From Epiperipatus broadwayi (Eukaryota > Animalia > Onychophora), in contig JAQFVV010000003.1 in assembly GCA_028023455.1 (NCBI GenBank), forward strand, positions 29,512,001 through 29,576,000: a DNA stretch of 64,000 bases, given 5' to 3'. Both the position numbers and the translations under genes were made by a program. The stretch's first letter is position 1. Each line of letters opens with the position of its first letter. Below, in pieces: positions 12,848 to 26,092 of this stretch. The notes beneath the pieces are model-generated. The model was not told the origin of the DNA. It made no database searches and was given only the letters and a program-made list of their open reading frames with translations.

Positions 12848-15800
12848 TTAAACTTTCCCTGGATCTGGAGGTATTTCATAGTATGGTTTTAAATGTCGAG
12901 CATTAAATGTTCCTTTCACCACTCCATCCTTAGATAACAGGAAGGCATTGTTTCCACACTTTTGTTGAATGAGACATGGTCCTTTATATAGTGGGAAGAA
13001 CTTCCGGGATTCTCTATTGTTTACATTACTTGGTTTTGGGTCCCTCACCCAGACCAGGTCTATTTTAAAAGAATGTGGTTTAGTGTCTTTTCTCCTCTCT
13101 TGAAGCTTAGCCATTTGAGTCATTCATATTCTAGCCTTACCCTGGTCTCTTTTAGGATTTATATGTCTGTGATTGATTGGTACCCGGGTTTTGACTAGCA
13201 GGGGGCATAGTTTTCTGAAGTGGAGTCGTACTGGTGTAAACCCCGTAGATTCATTGATGGTATTAATATATTGAGTCACCTTTTTGTGGTGATTCACCCA
13301 ACCTCTGTGGTTATTGTGTATATATGTTCTGTAGAGACGGTTGATTTCTTTCATCACTCGCTCACAAGGGTTAGATTGGGGGTTTTGAATGGATGTTAGT
13401 GTGTGTTTGATGCCTTGCTTTTCAACCCATGCCTTCCATTCTTTGGAGGTGAAAGCAGATCCATGGTCTGATAAAATGGTCATAGGTTTTCCAACTTCAT
13501 GGTACTGTTTTTGCTGCAGGACTCGAATTGCATTTCATGAGTCGGCGCTCCATACTGGATAAGCACATACATATTTAAAAAATACATCATAAGTTACCAA
13601 GAGGTAATGGTAATGCTTAAATGCCAGTAGAGGCCCATAGTGATCAATTGCCAATAGTTCATTTGGTTTAGATGGAATAATGGGAGTAAGATTGCCAGCA
13701 TACAATTTGTATGGAGGTTTACTCCTAGCACAAATAGCACAATTCCTAAGCACCACCAACACATGAGTATATAGACCATCCCAGTAAAACTGCTGCCTTA
13801 GTGCCTCTTCAGTTTTCCTTGGGCCATAATGTCCTATCAAATTATGAATATGGTCTATTAAAGGGGTACATAGGTTGCTGGGTACCAGGATCTTCCATGG
13901 ATTATCATAATCTTTGGTTCGAATTTGCAGGATTCTATTTCTGATCCTATATCGACCAATAGGGACCTTGGGATAGTGGACTCGTGAAGATTGTGACTGG
14001 TGGAGGGCATCAATTATCCATTGGTAACTTGCTTCCTTAGCCTGCCAGTAAGGGAGCCTATCCAGTTCATTTTCTACCTCTGTTTGCTGCATTCAGCATT
14101 ACTGTAAGTGGTTGATCTCCCAGGGTTGGGTTTTCTGGGAGTGTCTCAATAGGATGGTGACTTAGGATATCAGCAACAAGATTTTCAGGCCCTGGGCAGT
14201 ATATTACTTTGTAGTTGAACTTTTGAAGGGATAAGCTCCAATGGATTAGCCGTTCATTGGTTAAATAGCTACGGTTGAGAAACTCTAAGCACTTGTGGTC
14301 TGTAATGATGATGAACTCTGATCCAAGCAAAATCTGCTTGAATTTATTGCAGGCCCAGAGAATCGCCAGTGTCTCTTGTTCCGTAACAGTATAATTTAGT
14401 TCTGCCCCTCGAAGGGTACGGCTGCAAAAACTGATTACTTGATGTTTACCACTTTTCCCCCATTTGGAATATGATGGCTCCTAATCCCTTCTTACTACTG
14501 TTTGTCTGGACATAGAAAGGATGTGTAAAATCAGGGTGGTGGAGAATGACCGTTTTTAAAATGTTTTCCTTAATACTTTCAAACTCTTCATCATGTTTAC
14601 TTGTCCAGATCCATCACTGGCCTTTCTTTAGAAGATTTATCAGATGGGGGTGTCTTGTGCAAATCCAGGGTAGAATTTGTGGTAATAATTGCACAACCCT
14701 AAGAATGACCGGACATGCTTTCGGGTGGTAGGCTTGGGAAATTTCTTGATGGCTTCCACCTTGTCCGGGTGTGTCTTAATACCCTGTCCATTTACAATGT
14801 GTCCCAGGAAGGATATCTCAGGGAGGGCAAAACAACTTTTTTCCAGGTTAACTGTAATATTCTTTTCAGCACACTCCTGGAAAAACTTCTTTAGACACCT
14901 TAGATGTTCTTCAATGTTTTGTGAGGCAATCACCACATCATGAACATAGCAAACAAGATGTATCTTAATTTCTTCTGATAAGACCATGTCAATGCATCTC
15001 AGCAATCCAGCTCCACTATTGATTAAGCCAAATGGAACTCTCCTGAACTGATGGGTCTGACCATTGTGTCTAAAGGCTGTATACTTCTGATCCCTTGGGT
15101 CTAGTGTCATTTGCCAGTAACTGGCCATAAGGTCCAATGTAGAAAACACAGCCTTGTTGCTAAGTTGAGTGAATATTTCTTGGACAGATGGTGGAACATC
15201 TCGATCAGGGATTGTAATGCTATTGAGCCTCCGGGCATCTAAACATAGTCGGATGGCACCGCTTTTCTTTTTGACTACCACCAAAGGGTTGTTATATGGT
15301 GATGGTCCCTTTTCTATAATTCCCCAATCCATCATCTGTTCTATTTGGTGGTTGACTTCCTCTTTGTATTGGAATGGGATCGGATATGTCTTCATTTGAA
15401 AATAGTTTTCTTCTTTGACTTTAATACGATGCACATAACCCTTAATTTCCCCCAGTGTATTGGAGAATACTTTCACATTGTTGGTGAGGATCTGGCGTAG
15501 TTGGTCTTGATCTTTTGGGGACATTAATGCTGATTCTTGAACCTTTTTTTTGATGAGCTCTAGGTCTGCTTCCTGAGCAATACACCCTACTCTCATGCAG
15601 GTATTACTATTCAGGCCTCTAAAAGGGATTTGTTCTTTCCTGAAAATCAGCTTGCACTGGGCATAATCTATTGTACACTGGTGTTGATATAAAAAATCTG
15701 AGCCTATCACAAGGTTATGAATCAACCCAGCTACAATCAAAAAGGTGTGTCCAACTGTGGTGGTGCTGAGGGTCATTTCTAGCCAAACTTGGTAATTTTC

Positions 15801-15990
15801 TGTTTTGGTTTTCTTTCCATTAGCAAGTGTTAATTGAACAGCCCGGGTGAGTAACCATAGGAGATGTTTTCCCTTTTCCAACTGGTCATACCATTGTTTT
15901 GATATTAGGGAAACTTGACTCCCTGAATCTAATAGGGCATGAGTAACCAGGTTTCTTATTTTGATGTGAATGGTGGGACATGGATCAATG
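12848..15990 (-). pseudogene. Gypsy pol (protease, RT, RNase H, integrase) with frameshifts and stops
   Basis: HALLDSGSQVSLI protease near 15930. RT in ORF 14640-15881 with catalytic YVDD altered to YVHD. RNase H ETLAILWAC...IITDHKCL. Integrase HHCC (HNLIGH...CAIC), LAIDHYGP / SDHGSAF / CERVMKEI, and a GPY/F-like tail, split across ORFs 14067-14330, 13535-14092, 13124-13483 and 12848-13123. Confidence 0.93.
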
Positions 15991-15999
15991 GGTGACCCT

Positions 16000-17450
16000 G
16001 ATAATGAGGTGTCTGCTTCATTGATGATAGTGGAGATGGGGTTTTCTTGTGACCCCTTTGTGTTCCTGAATCTTTTGTTGGGACATCATTGGGAGGAACA
16101 ACCTAACGAGGTCCCTGAAAGTTTTCCGATTGATCCTGGTATCTTCTTTTCAGCATGGTTTGGTTTTGGTCATAGTTTACTCGAGGTTGACTATTCCATC
16201 TCTGGGTTGCTATGGATTGAGTCCACAGGGGCTCCCCTTTCTTCACTCTTTCTTGGGGTTCTGTGTAAAAATTTCCGAGATCCATGGTAGTCAGCAAGTG
16301 TGCCATTTCATCTACATTCGTAATCCTGCTTATCACCATTGCTCGCTGAACTGGCTGGAGCATGTTGGATTGCACGGTCCGGATGATATGAGCTTCTGAA
16401 AATGGGAATGCGGTGAGAGATCTGAATTGCGCTACTTGACAGAGGAAAAACTGAGTGGTTGTTTCCCTCCCTCGATATTTTTCATGCGAGATTTGTTGAA
16501 GAATCTGATCTTGATGCTTCTCGCTCCAATAGCTAGTCAATAATGCTGCTTGGTATTCATCGAATGTTTGGGGTTTTTCATGCATCGACCCCCACCAATT
16601 CTTTGCTGGGCCCTGTAGATAATGATTAGCAATAGCAAGTTGATCTCCCTCACTTGCCTGGTAGAAATAGAATAGTTCTTTTAAACTATCCAGGTGGGCC
16701 TGAGGATTTTCTCCTGGATCTCCTTGGAATACCTTGACCCGGATGAATTTGGCCAGATTTGGCTGAATTCCAGGATCAATCCCTGCCCAGGGATATATTG
16801 GTGTGCTAGTTGGGTGATCATTATTTATTCATGCATCTATTGGGACCTCAATCTTTGTGGAGCCAGTTGGGGTTTTCCAGTTTTGATCCTTGAGGTAGTA
16901 TGGTAGTGTTTGTTCCGGATCCTTTTTAGGTCATGGAATGGGTTGAGTTTTCCCAGATCTGGGCCAGACATCTTTCTTTCACTTTCTAGGTTTTGAGTTT
17001 CCCATTGGTGTCGGGCTTGCCATTCCATTCCCTCATGGATGTTCCGCATATCTGTTTTGATTCTGACTTGTTCCTCTAGTAATTTGTTAATTGCAGATTC
17101 ACACTTTTCAATGCTTGTTTTGGTCTGTTCACACCCCTCATGCAGCTCTTTGATATCTTTTGCAGCTTGCATTTCTCTTTCTTTGATATCTATCTCTGTC
17201 CTTTGGGATAGTTCTTTCATTTGTTGTAGAGTTCTCTCTGCCATCATTCAGCTTGACTCCACATTAATTTGGATCCTCCTCATCATACTCTGGAGCATGG
17301 CATTAACATCTTCACTTTCCTTTTTTTCTATGCTGTTATCCATTTGGATTTTGAAAAGTTTGATAACAGTAATAATGCTGATCTTAGAATTCAAAGCTAT
17401 TTTACTGGAACTATGGCTCACTGAAACTTTAAGACAATCTTGAACAACTA
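16000..17450 (-). pseudogene. Gypsy gag (coiled-coil N-terminus plus retrotransposon gag domain), disrupted
   Basis: ORF 16837-17247 is coiled-coil rich and preceded by an in-frame TGA. ORF 16103-16585 (PQTFDEYQAALLTSYWSEKHQ) is gag-like and lies directly upstream of the protease. Confidence 0.8.
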
Positions 17451-19395
17451 GAATGTAAATGTATTTTGTATCTTGAAATTTATATAATCATTAATTCGAA
17501 CGTTTGCTTCCCTTACTCTGTCCACTCTTCACATCATGCTTTACTGACTGTGTCCTTTCTGATCTGCCATACTAAGTTTCTGTCTGTTTTAAGCTGGACA
17601 TTTAAATAATTGTTTCAACTTCAACAAAAAACTTGACTTTATCATGAGAATGACTGATTTGTTTTTGATTCTAGATGGTCACCCTTGATCACTCCTTGCC
17701 TCTGAAATGGACTAAAAAAGAATGATTATTTTCAAAAGTTAATACGTAATTTTGTTGTGATGAATATTATATTGCTTACAATTTTATTACATATTACACC
17801 AGTTATAAAATTCTTCACTCTCCAAATCTCATATATATAAAAAAAAAATTTGTTGCCAAGAATTAGCACGGTTCTTTATTTATTTATTAATTTATTTTTT
17901 TGAACTTGATAACAAATTTATAATGGTAATAGGTACTCTCTTCCCTACACCAGGGCACCAGTTATCAAGGTCAGCAATAATATAACACTTACAGCTAGCT
18001 CTAATATATAATAATAATAGAAAAACAGGTGTATATATATATGTACTTTTATCGATTGTTAACACAGTGTGCCCATATGAATAAACATTAAATACATCTT
18101 ATTACAACCTTTTACACATAAGGCTTATGGATGTAGTACATGGACTTTAAACATTTTTTAAACACATGAAAACACAAACAAATTCATGTGTGCATGTAAA
18201 ACCAGATACAAAAAAAAATCTACATATGGTTATAATATATGGGTTTCAAAAAAAAAACTTTTACAAAATATCTATATGGTTGAAATACCAGGTACCACAG
18301 CTAGCAAAACTTTTACACTTATAGTTATAATCTTTGCATTTAAAAAAAAAACTTTTCACACAACATTTTATGGTTGTAAAACACAGTCTTTGGTTTTGGT
18401 TTTTGACTCTCACATGAAATAAACTTTACATCACTTTATGATTATTTTACATAGTCTGAGTTTGGTATAAATCTATCATTAAGTGAAAACATTTTCCTAA
18501 ACTTAAGGGCACATACTATGGATTCAAACTCTGGTGAACTAAACCAACTTTTAAATATATTGTTCCAAATATATACAATTGTATCTATGAAATATCATTT
18601 GGGGATATGAATATTTTTTCAACTGTCAAATCCAGAAAAAAAATGTACATCTATATTGGGGGAAAAATTTTCAAGCTTTTATGAATTGAGATACAACACA
18701 ATTTTTCCACACATATGGGTTTCCAAGAAAATATATAGTAATGCATATAAAACTTTCAAACACATCTGTTCCTACACATCGCACATACACACCTATGTAC
18801 ATATATATATGCAGCACTACATATACAAATACATAAATTTTACACACACATACACTTCTATATACACTACACAATACTACATACTATTGGAAAAGAAAGA
18901 AAAAGAAAAAAAACTTTGGAGAAAAAGTTGAGAAAAAAAAATCCATACATCTAAAAGAAAACTCATAGTCTAGTTATTACATGTTTAAACTTTTATACAT
19001 TATAGCATTAAATCAAAAAAAATTTGCTCTCAATAATTTTTTTTAACTGAGTTCGAACCCTTCACTTCCAACATTTTTGCATTTGACTCACCACTGGTTA
19101 GCAAAATTTCTATTTATAAGGGCGCCAGCTGACACAGAGTGATAAATGATTTATGAATTATTTATACATTTTTCATATATGTCTCAAGAACACAAAACTT
19201 TATATATGACATTGAAGAAAAAATACATATGTACTATGGTTGTCGTACATGGGTTTTAACTTTAAACAATGAATTTTACACTTTGAACACATTATTTTAC
19301 ATATCAAACATAGAAAAAAAAATTATATAACAACTTTTTTTAAAGAATATATATATAAACAGAATTCAGTACTCAGGGTATGTGAGTGTTTACAA

Positions 19396-19417
19396 CGAAG
19401 CCCCACTTGGGAAGCCA
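19396..19417 (-). promoter_or_regulatory. Degenerate tRNA-Lys(CUU) primer-binding site
   Basis: Minus strand TGGCTTCCCAAGTGGGGCTTCG versus the tRNA-Lys(CUU) complement TGGCGCCCAACGTGGGGCTCG. It lies 27 nt from the LTR end rather than adjacent. Confidence 0.55.
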
Positions 19418-19444
19418 AGCCCGAGAAAAAAAAAACGCAGCCTC

Positions 19445-22400
19445 TGTGCCGGTCAAAATTGTGTATTCATTCAACAAGACCAATAATCCAAGCAAAAGTA
19501 CCTTGAATCCAACCATGCACAAGATACATATGTCAGGACAAGGATGAATCCTAACCTATTTGCCTAAACTATTGCCGCTCTGACTAATGGATAACGTTTG
19601 TGATGACACTAGCAGTGCTTGGTTTTATTCCGTCCCAGCTGGAGGTCATGGTTCACATAGAGACTCAAAATAATAAAGGTTTTATATGAAAAATTAATGA
19701 TTTAATGGATTCTGACAATTGCAGAATGGTACAGATATGATTTGATCGATTAGTGATGGTTTGAACCGTAATAATAATAATTCTTTATGGCAACATTACA
19801 CAGAAGTGAATTTAAATCAAAGAAATATTTAAACAAGTAGAGTAATTAACCTATGAGATTGGGAGTGATGACAAACTAAGCTTATTTAAGATAACAATAT
19901 TATAGGAATTTATTAAGGAATTTAGTACAAAATAAGTAGTCTTTGTTTATACAACTTGGTTATTTTCTTTAATTTGTTTTGATGCAGCTTTGACAACAAT
20001 GTAAAAGTTTGTTAATTGGTCGGCCAAAAACCAATCAGCAATAAAATAAGATCTTACAAATAAATCTGTTATATATATATTACAAAATATGAAAGATGGG
20101 CATTTAAAACACTATTACATTTAAAGTCATTTGTATATAATGAGTGTGGGAAGCAAAATAGTTCTTAAATAAATAGTTGACAATTATACAGTCAGATTTA
20201 ATTAATTAACGAAATTGTTTGTGAAGGACGTGCTATCATGGCAGAGAGCATTTCAGGATTGCTACATAAAGCTATAAAATGATGATGAGGGCAGTATGCT
20301 ATTACAAATTACAACAAAAGAAATGAGGTCTGCTATGAACCTCTGGGTGACTTTGCTAAAGAAGTTCCTGATATGTACAGGGGATCAGAGAAATGTTAGC
20401 CCTCCAGCCAAAGCATGTCTCTAAATAATCATAATAATATTTTGATGTGCATACACATCTTAATGGCAATGCTCGAAAAGATCCCTTGGTATGAACTATG
20501 TCTACTTTGAGGGAGTGTAAAAGGTTGGACTGGTCAGATTCCGAAGGTCCTAAGAGGTTGGTAGCAAAGCAAAAATAGCAATAATAAAGAAATGGTTGTA
20601 ACTATAAATACACAATGCCTTAGATGTATATAGATAGATAGTGTATCATTAATAAAATAATAAATCCTGATTAAAATCATTGGCTCCCTGATATAATGGA
20701 AAGTCCCAGAAACATTAGGTCATTAATGAATGAATAGTAAATTATATTACAAAAAGAAAGGCAAGAATTAAAACTAAAATATAAAATTGTTTTCCCCACT
20801 CATCATGGAAGATTACAAAATAGGACTTGTCTTTAATTAACATAGACGGGCATTAAATATCAAACTAATAAATTGTAAATCATAATTTTAATATTTTCTG
20901 ACAAATAAAATATATGTATGAAATATATATACTGATAAAATTCTATGATAAATTTTACTTAATTGATTCACTAAAATTATTTATTCTTTCAGAAATAATT
21001 ACAGGGCTATTTTAAATTGGAGGTAATAGTAAGATACTTTTAAAATAATTTCAATCATTCAAATAAATATATATATGAGGTACAAAACTAAATGAGCTTT
21101 CTATTAATTAATTTACGGAAGGAAGTCTTCTTGTAATGATTTTTAAATTAAAAAAAATAACAGGGGGAGGGCCATTTCAGTAAGTCGATTAATCTAAACA
21201 AACCGACAAAAAATTAATTTAATTTGCCGCATCAAAATAATGTAAGATTTTATAAGAATTGATATTTTTAATTGAATAAATTTAAAAGACACATTTTAAA
21301 CCAAGCCGTATAAACATTACAGATATAAAATATAAATTAATATAGATTTTGAAAACAAGTAAAATAAAATCAATGGCTTGCGGTGAATTGGACGTTACCT
21401 CTTAATCAATCAGTTAGTACAGGCAGTTAATACAGTCAGATCATTTCAGGCTTCCTCGACACAGACAGTCTCTGGCTAGATGTTTAAAGCGCTGGAAAGG
21501 CATGGATGGGCTGGTGGAACAGACCTCTGAGAAGCAAACGACCGATCTTTTCACCCCGTCATTTCTTTAGGCACGATATATATATAAAGATTAATCACTT
21601 CTCTTCAGTAAACTCAATAATAATAATCATTATCAAATTTTCACTATTTATGTGTTCTGATCTTTATCTATAGGATTGAATCTACACTGACCTCCACCAA
21701 TTGTAATTTCTTTAAGCAGTTCTGTGAGGTTGGTGATTTGGAGGGAAATCTATAATCCTACATGCCCCAAGGGTTGATTTACTAATTAAAAAACAACAAC
21801 AAGCATATTATGTTTATCAGTCATTGTATTAACAAGCCTATTTAATTAAGGTTTAGATTAACAAAAATGCAACTTTTATTCAGAAAAATTTTAGGAATTT
21901 GATACAATGACTTTTAAACATATTCGACATAAACTTAAGTAGAAATTTACAAAATATTTCTTACAAATCTTACATTGTTTAAATAATTGATTCTCAAATG
22001 TACATTGATTAAAAGATAAACATAAAATGTTACCAACTGATTTATTGAAGAAAATGAACTTTAATAAAGAATTTGAAATATCTGTAACATTTTATAGATA
22101 TCTAGGATTCAATTTAATTTAATAAAATAAACACAATATACAATTTTACAAATATTATAAATAAATAAATTTTTTTATATTTTTAATTTTCATCTCTTTT
22201 TCTTTTCCCCCTTTTTTCCCATAGTATACCTTTGGCAATTCATGTACCTACACTATTTGATTTATACATTAATTTTTAAATATTTTTTTAAAATTATAAT
22301 AGATTTAGTATAGTTGATACGCTGATATTTTTAAAATAATTATTATTTTTCTATGATCATATTTTGTAAATCTTCTTTTTTTAAAAAAAGTTTGGTCAAT

Positions 22401-23904
22401 TGATAATATATATTTTTTATTTTAAATTTGATTTATTATATATTATTATTTCAATTATTTTTCTCTATTTAATTTAATTGATATATTATGTTTTATTTAA
22501 AATTTTAATTTCACTTCCCTTTTTCCTGTATCTCAGTCCCCATGTTATCATATTTTTAATTTTTAAAATTATAGATTGTAAGGAGGTAAAATTATATTTT
22601 TCTGCGATTTTTTTTTGTAAATCCTTTCTTTTTTTTTTAAACTTACATAGTAATTTGGTTTACATTGCATTTTGATATCATGCTATATTTTTTTTATTTT
22701 ATTTGATTTGATTTTTTTTTGTTCAATTTTGTTTGGGGCATATTTATTTGTAATATGTGTTTTTTTTTTTTATTTTTTCCTTTTTTCCCTTATACTTTGC
22801 TTCAGTCCACTTGTTTATTATTTTTAAATATTTTTTAAAATATACATTTGTAGGTGATAGCCGCTGATATTTTAAAATCATTTATATTTTTCTAGATCGC
22901 ATATTTTTTTTATCTCATTTTTTAAAAAAGCTTAACATAGGGTAACTTTTGAGATTTCATGCAATATTGATTATCATGACTATATATTCGTTTTCGTTTA
23001 TTTTAAAGTATTTGATTTTTTTATTTTGTTTTCATTATTTCTGTTTAATTTTTGAAATATGCATTTTGATTAGACTATAAGTTTTTTATTTTAATATTTT
23101 ATTTCTTTCTTTCCCCTTTTTTCCTGTTCCTTTTTCGTCCCCATTTGATTTAAGCTATTTTTAAATTTTTTAAAATTACTATTTGTATGGGATGACGCTA
23201 TATTTTTAAATTATTTTTTTCAGACTTTTTATTTTGTAACTTTTTAAAAAAGCTTACATAGGGTAACTTTTGAGTTTGTTGCAATTTGATTCATGCTATA
23301 TATTGCGTTTTCTGGTTTATTTTAAAGTAATGTTTGATTTGATTATATATTATGGTTTTTTTTTCAAAGTGTTTTTTCAGTGGGGCATTTAGTTTTGTAA
23401 TATTGCAATGTTTGATTATGACTATATATAAAATTGTTTTGGTTTATTTTAAAGAGGGTTTATCTTATTTTTTCTGTGACGCTTCTACGGTTTTGTAATT
23501 GCAATGTTTGATTGACTATAATTGCGTTTTGGTTTATTTAAAGATTTTATTTCACTTTTTCTTTCCCGCCCTTTTTTTGGGGGCACCTTGGCTTTAGCTT
23601 CCGCCTTTTTAGTGTCCCTCCCCACCCCTTTTTGCGCTCGGTTCGTTTTGAAAATGGTGTTTCGTCGAGACTTTCCTCTGCCCGGTTTGGGGTTCCAATT
23701 CAAAGGCGCAACACTATTATAAAAGGTTAGTTTTAATTATAAAATAAGATTAATGAAATATAAAAGATTATAATATTGATTAAAATATACTACCACCTAT
23801 TATAAGATGGGTGTCAGTTAATAAAGATTGGGTTCAAACCCAGACTAGTGCTGATGACATTGGCACTAGGTGAAGCAGGAATATGTACTACATTTCCAGC
23901 TTCA
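19445..23904 (-). repeat. 5' LTR, interrupted by a 1544 bp insertion (22170-23713) and lacking about 40 bp present in the other LTR
   Basis: Identity with the left LTR stops after ataaataaa (22169) and resumes at ctattataaaagg (23714). The short deletion is near 21170 relative to 11225-11262. Confidence 0.92.
22170..23713. repeat. Insertion of about four diverged 300-320 bp tandem units plus a GC-richer end
   Basis: Shared blocks recur near 22175, 22495, 22765 and 23085 (tttttaaaatta...tag...gata.gctgatattt, aaaaaagcttacatagggtaacttttgag). No TSD seen. Confidence 0.7.
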
Positions 23905-24049
23905 ATATATCTATATATATATAGGGGAATATATTGAATATGAAAATAAAAATAAGTTTTGAAAATAATATTAGTTTTATAGCATTATTGTTATTGATTA
24001 ATAATAATAATAGCAATAAAAGAAAGTATAAGTTATAATATTGGATATA

Positions 24050-24781
24050 GATAAAGACTTGTAAATATTGTTAATAAATATAGGTTTTTGAAAAAATAGA
24101 GTCATAAGTTTTATAAAATTGGTAACAGAAGTTGTTATAAAGGAATAAAAAGATAGAAAAATTGAAAAAATAGTTACTTTAAAACAGCAGAAAATAAAGG
24201 TAATATTATTAAAGAGAAAAATATAAATTAGTGATAAGAAGGTAAAAACTGTAAAAAATTAAAATTATAGATATTTAAGTAAAAGAGATATTATGTATTA
24301 GATAATAATTAAACAAGATAGATAGTAAAAAATGATGAAAGGAAGATTATAAAATATAAATAATAAAAGGGTAATGCTTAAAAGAATTTTAAAAAAAATT
24401 TTTTTTTTTAATTTTTAAAAAAACTAACAGTAAAAAAAAAAGTAATATAAAAAATGGTGTATTGGATATGTTTTGTATATTTTATATATATGTAATTTAT
24501 ATGTAAGTTGAGTGGGTATTTATAAATATATATGTGGATTGGTATATGTATGTATATTGGGTGTATGTGTATTGGTGTGTATATATGTATGTTTAAAGGA
24601 TATATGTGTATATATTTGGATATTCATACATATATATAGATGTAAGTATGGAATTTTTTATTTATATATATATGTCTAGAGGTGATGGAAATATATATAT
24701 GTAGGGGATATTTGATATTCATGTGTATATTTATATGTGAAATGATGGTTATGTATTTGTATTTATATTATTCAAATATTG
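24050..24781 (-). repeat. Right arm of the inverted repeat with 8534-9290
   Basis: Reverse complement is collinear with the left arm. The outer end ttcaaatattg (24781) mirrors caatatttgaa (8534). Confidence 0.85.
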
Positions 24782-26092
24782 CCTTAGATATTTCATGTAT
24801 GATTAAAACTTATTCTTTAAATAAACCAACAATTATTGATCATGCCCAGGCTATCTATAAATATTGAACTCTTAATGAAGGTATGTATAAGATGTTGTGA
24901 TCTGTACCAACTAATGACTACAGGTTCAATACAAAATACTCATCTTAAAGCTAATTTGTCTTTTTCATACATCTTTATTCATATTTTTCAGGAATGTGTG
25001 ATGGAATAGAAGTTTGAAATATGTTTAAAAATAAATATGAAATTTTCAATAAAAATGTGTAAATGAAGTTAAATTAAAATGTGTTATATCTTACTCATTT
25101 GAAAAGTGAAGTGTTTTACAATTCATCCTTAATGAGAGAAACTGGTCTGACTTCTGTGCTAATGAGTAATGATAAGATAGGGCTAAGATGAACTGATAAA
25201 AACAGAAAACATTAAATTATATATGGCTTAATCTGTAACTCTATACCTATTTATATAATCAAAAATATAATACAAACTCTTAACATATCGGTATCTACAT
25301 ATTTCATAATTATACTATATTTCAAAATTTATTATCATTAGCAGCTATTTGTAAATTTATAGTATTTAAAAAAAAAGATAAAAAGCTAAATGTGAGTTTT
25401 ATGACTATACAAACCAATCTGTGCACTCACAAATATATCTACTTGCACTGTGTTTACACTGATTCTTTTATGTTTATTTGACATATTAAGATATAAATTC
25501 TTCTTTATGGAAGACTTGAACACCTTACTTGATTATAGTTCTTCATTACAATCTACTGATAGGAAAATCTGGAGAAAGCAGACAATAATGCATCATTTTA
25601 GAATGTCTTCGAGATCATTTATAATGTAAACAGTTCTGTGATGCCAATGAAAATTATGGTAAAGTTTATTGTAAAATATCTTTTTTAGGATGCATGTTAG
25701 TATTCATTCATTTCATCTGTTTAATCCAATGAAAATATCATCTTACAGTAGTAGACTCAATATCATCACTTCCAGAAAACTGAAGAACATACTAATTGTT
25801 CTTATGATCTTGCCATCATTTTTTTGGAATCTTAAAAAATATCCTTAAATGAAATTTTTCCAATGCTTTTATTATTACATGATTTATATCTCAAGTTGAG
25901 CAAAATAATAAGTTTATAAATATAATTTGATTGAGATAATTATACCAAATATGAAATACCTTTTCCTTTAATTTGATAAATGCAGCAGCACATGGTAATG
26001 TGATATAAAAGTTTTTTAAAACATTAATTACTAAATCAAAATATACTGCAATCAAAATATTTCCTAGATTATTCTTTTTTTCATATGTGAAA

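Larger units (their letters stand above)
9499..23904 (-). mobile_element. Full-length Ty3/Gypsy LTR retrotransposon with about 3 kb LTRs (Osvaldo/Ulysses/Woot-like by inference)
   Basis: TG...CA termini (TGTGCCGG at 9499, CCAGCTTCA at 23904). 4 bp TSD ATAT at 9495-9498 and 23905-23908. gag, PR, RT, RNase H and IN lie in Gypsy order on the minus strand between near-identical LTRs. Confidence 0.95.

Noticed and set aside
15970-17443. Plus-strand ORFs over the Gypsy (15970-16290, 16130-16399, 16694-16906, 17039-17443 and similar at 13594-15399)
   Set aside because: Antisense shadows of gag-pol with no independent features.
19035-19105. tRNA-like A/B-box pattern in the Gypsy leader (GGGTTCGAACTC on minus)
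   Set aside because: No cloverleaf can be folded and the B-box match alone is too short.
23485-23703. Lys/Arg-rich ORF resembling a histone H1 or protamine tail
   Set aside because: Low-complexity translation of the T/C-rich end of the LTR insertion; no globular domain.
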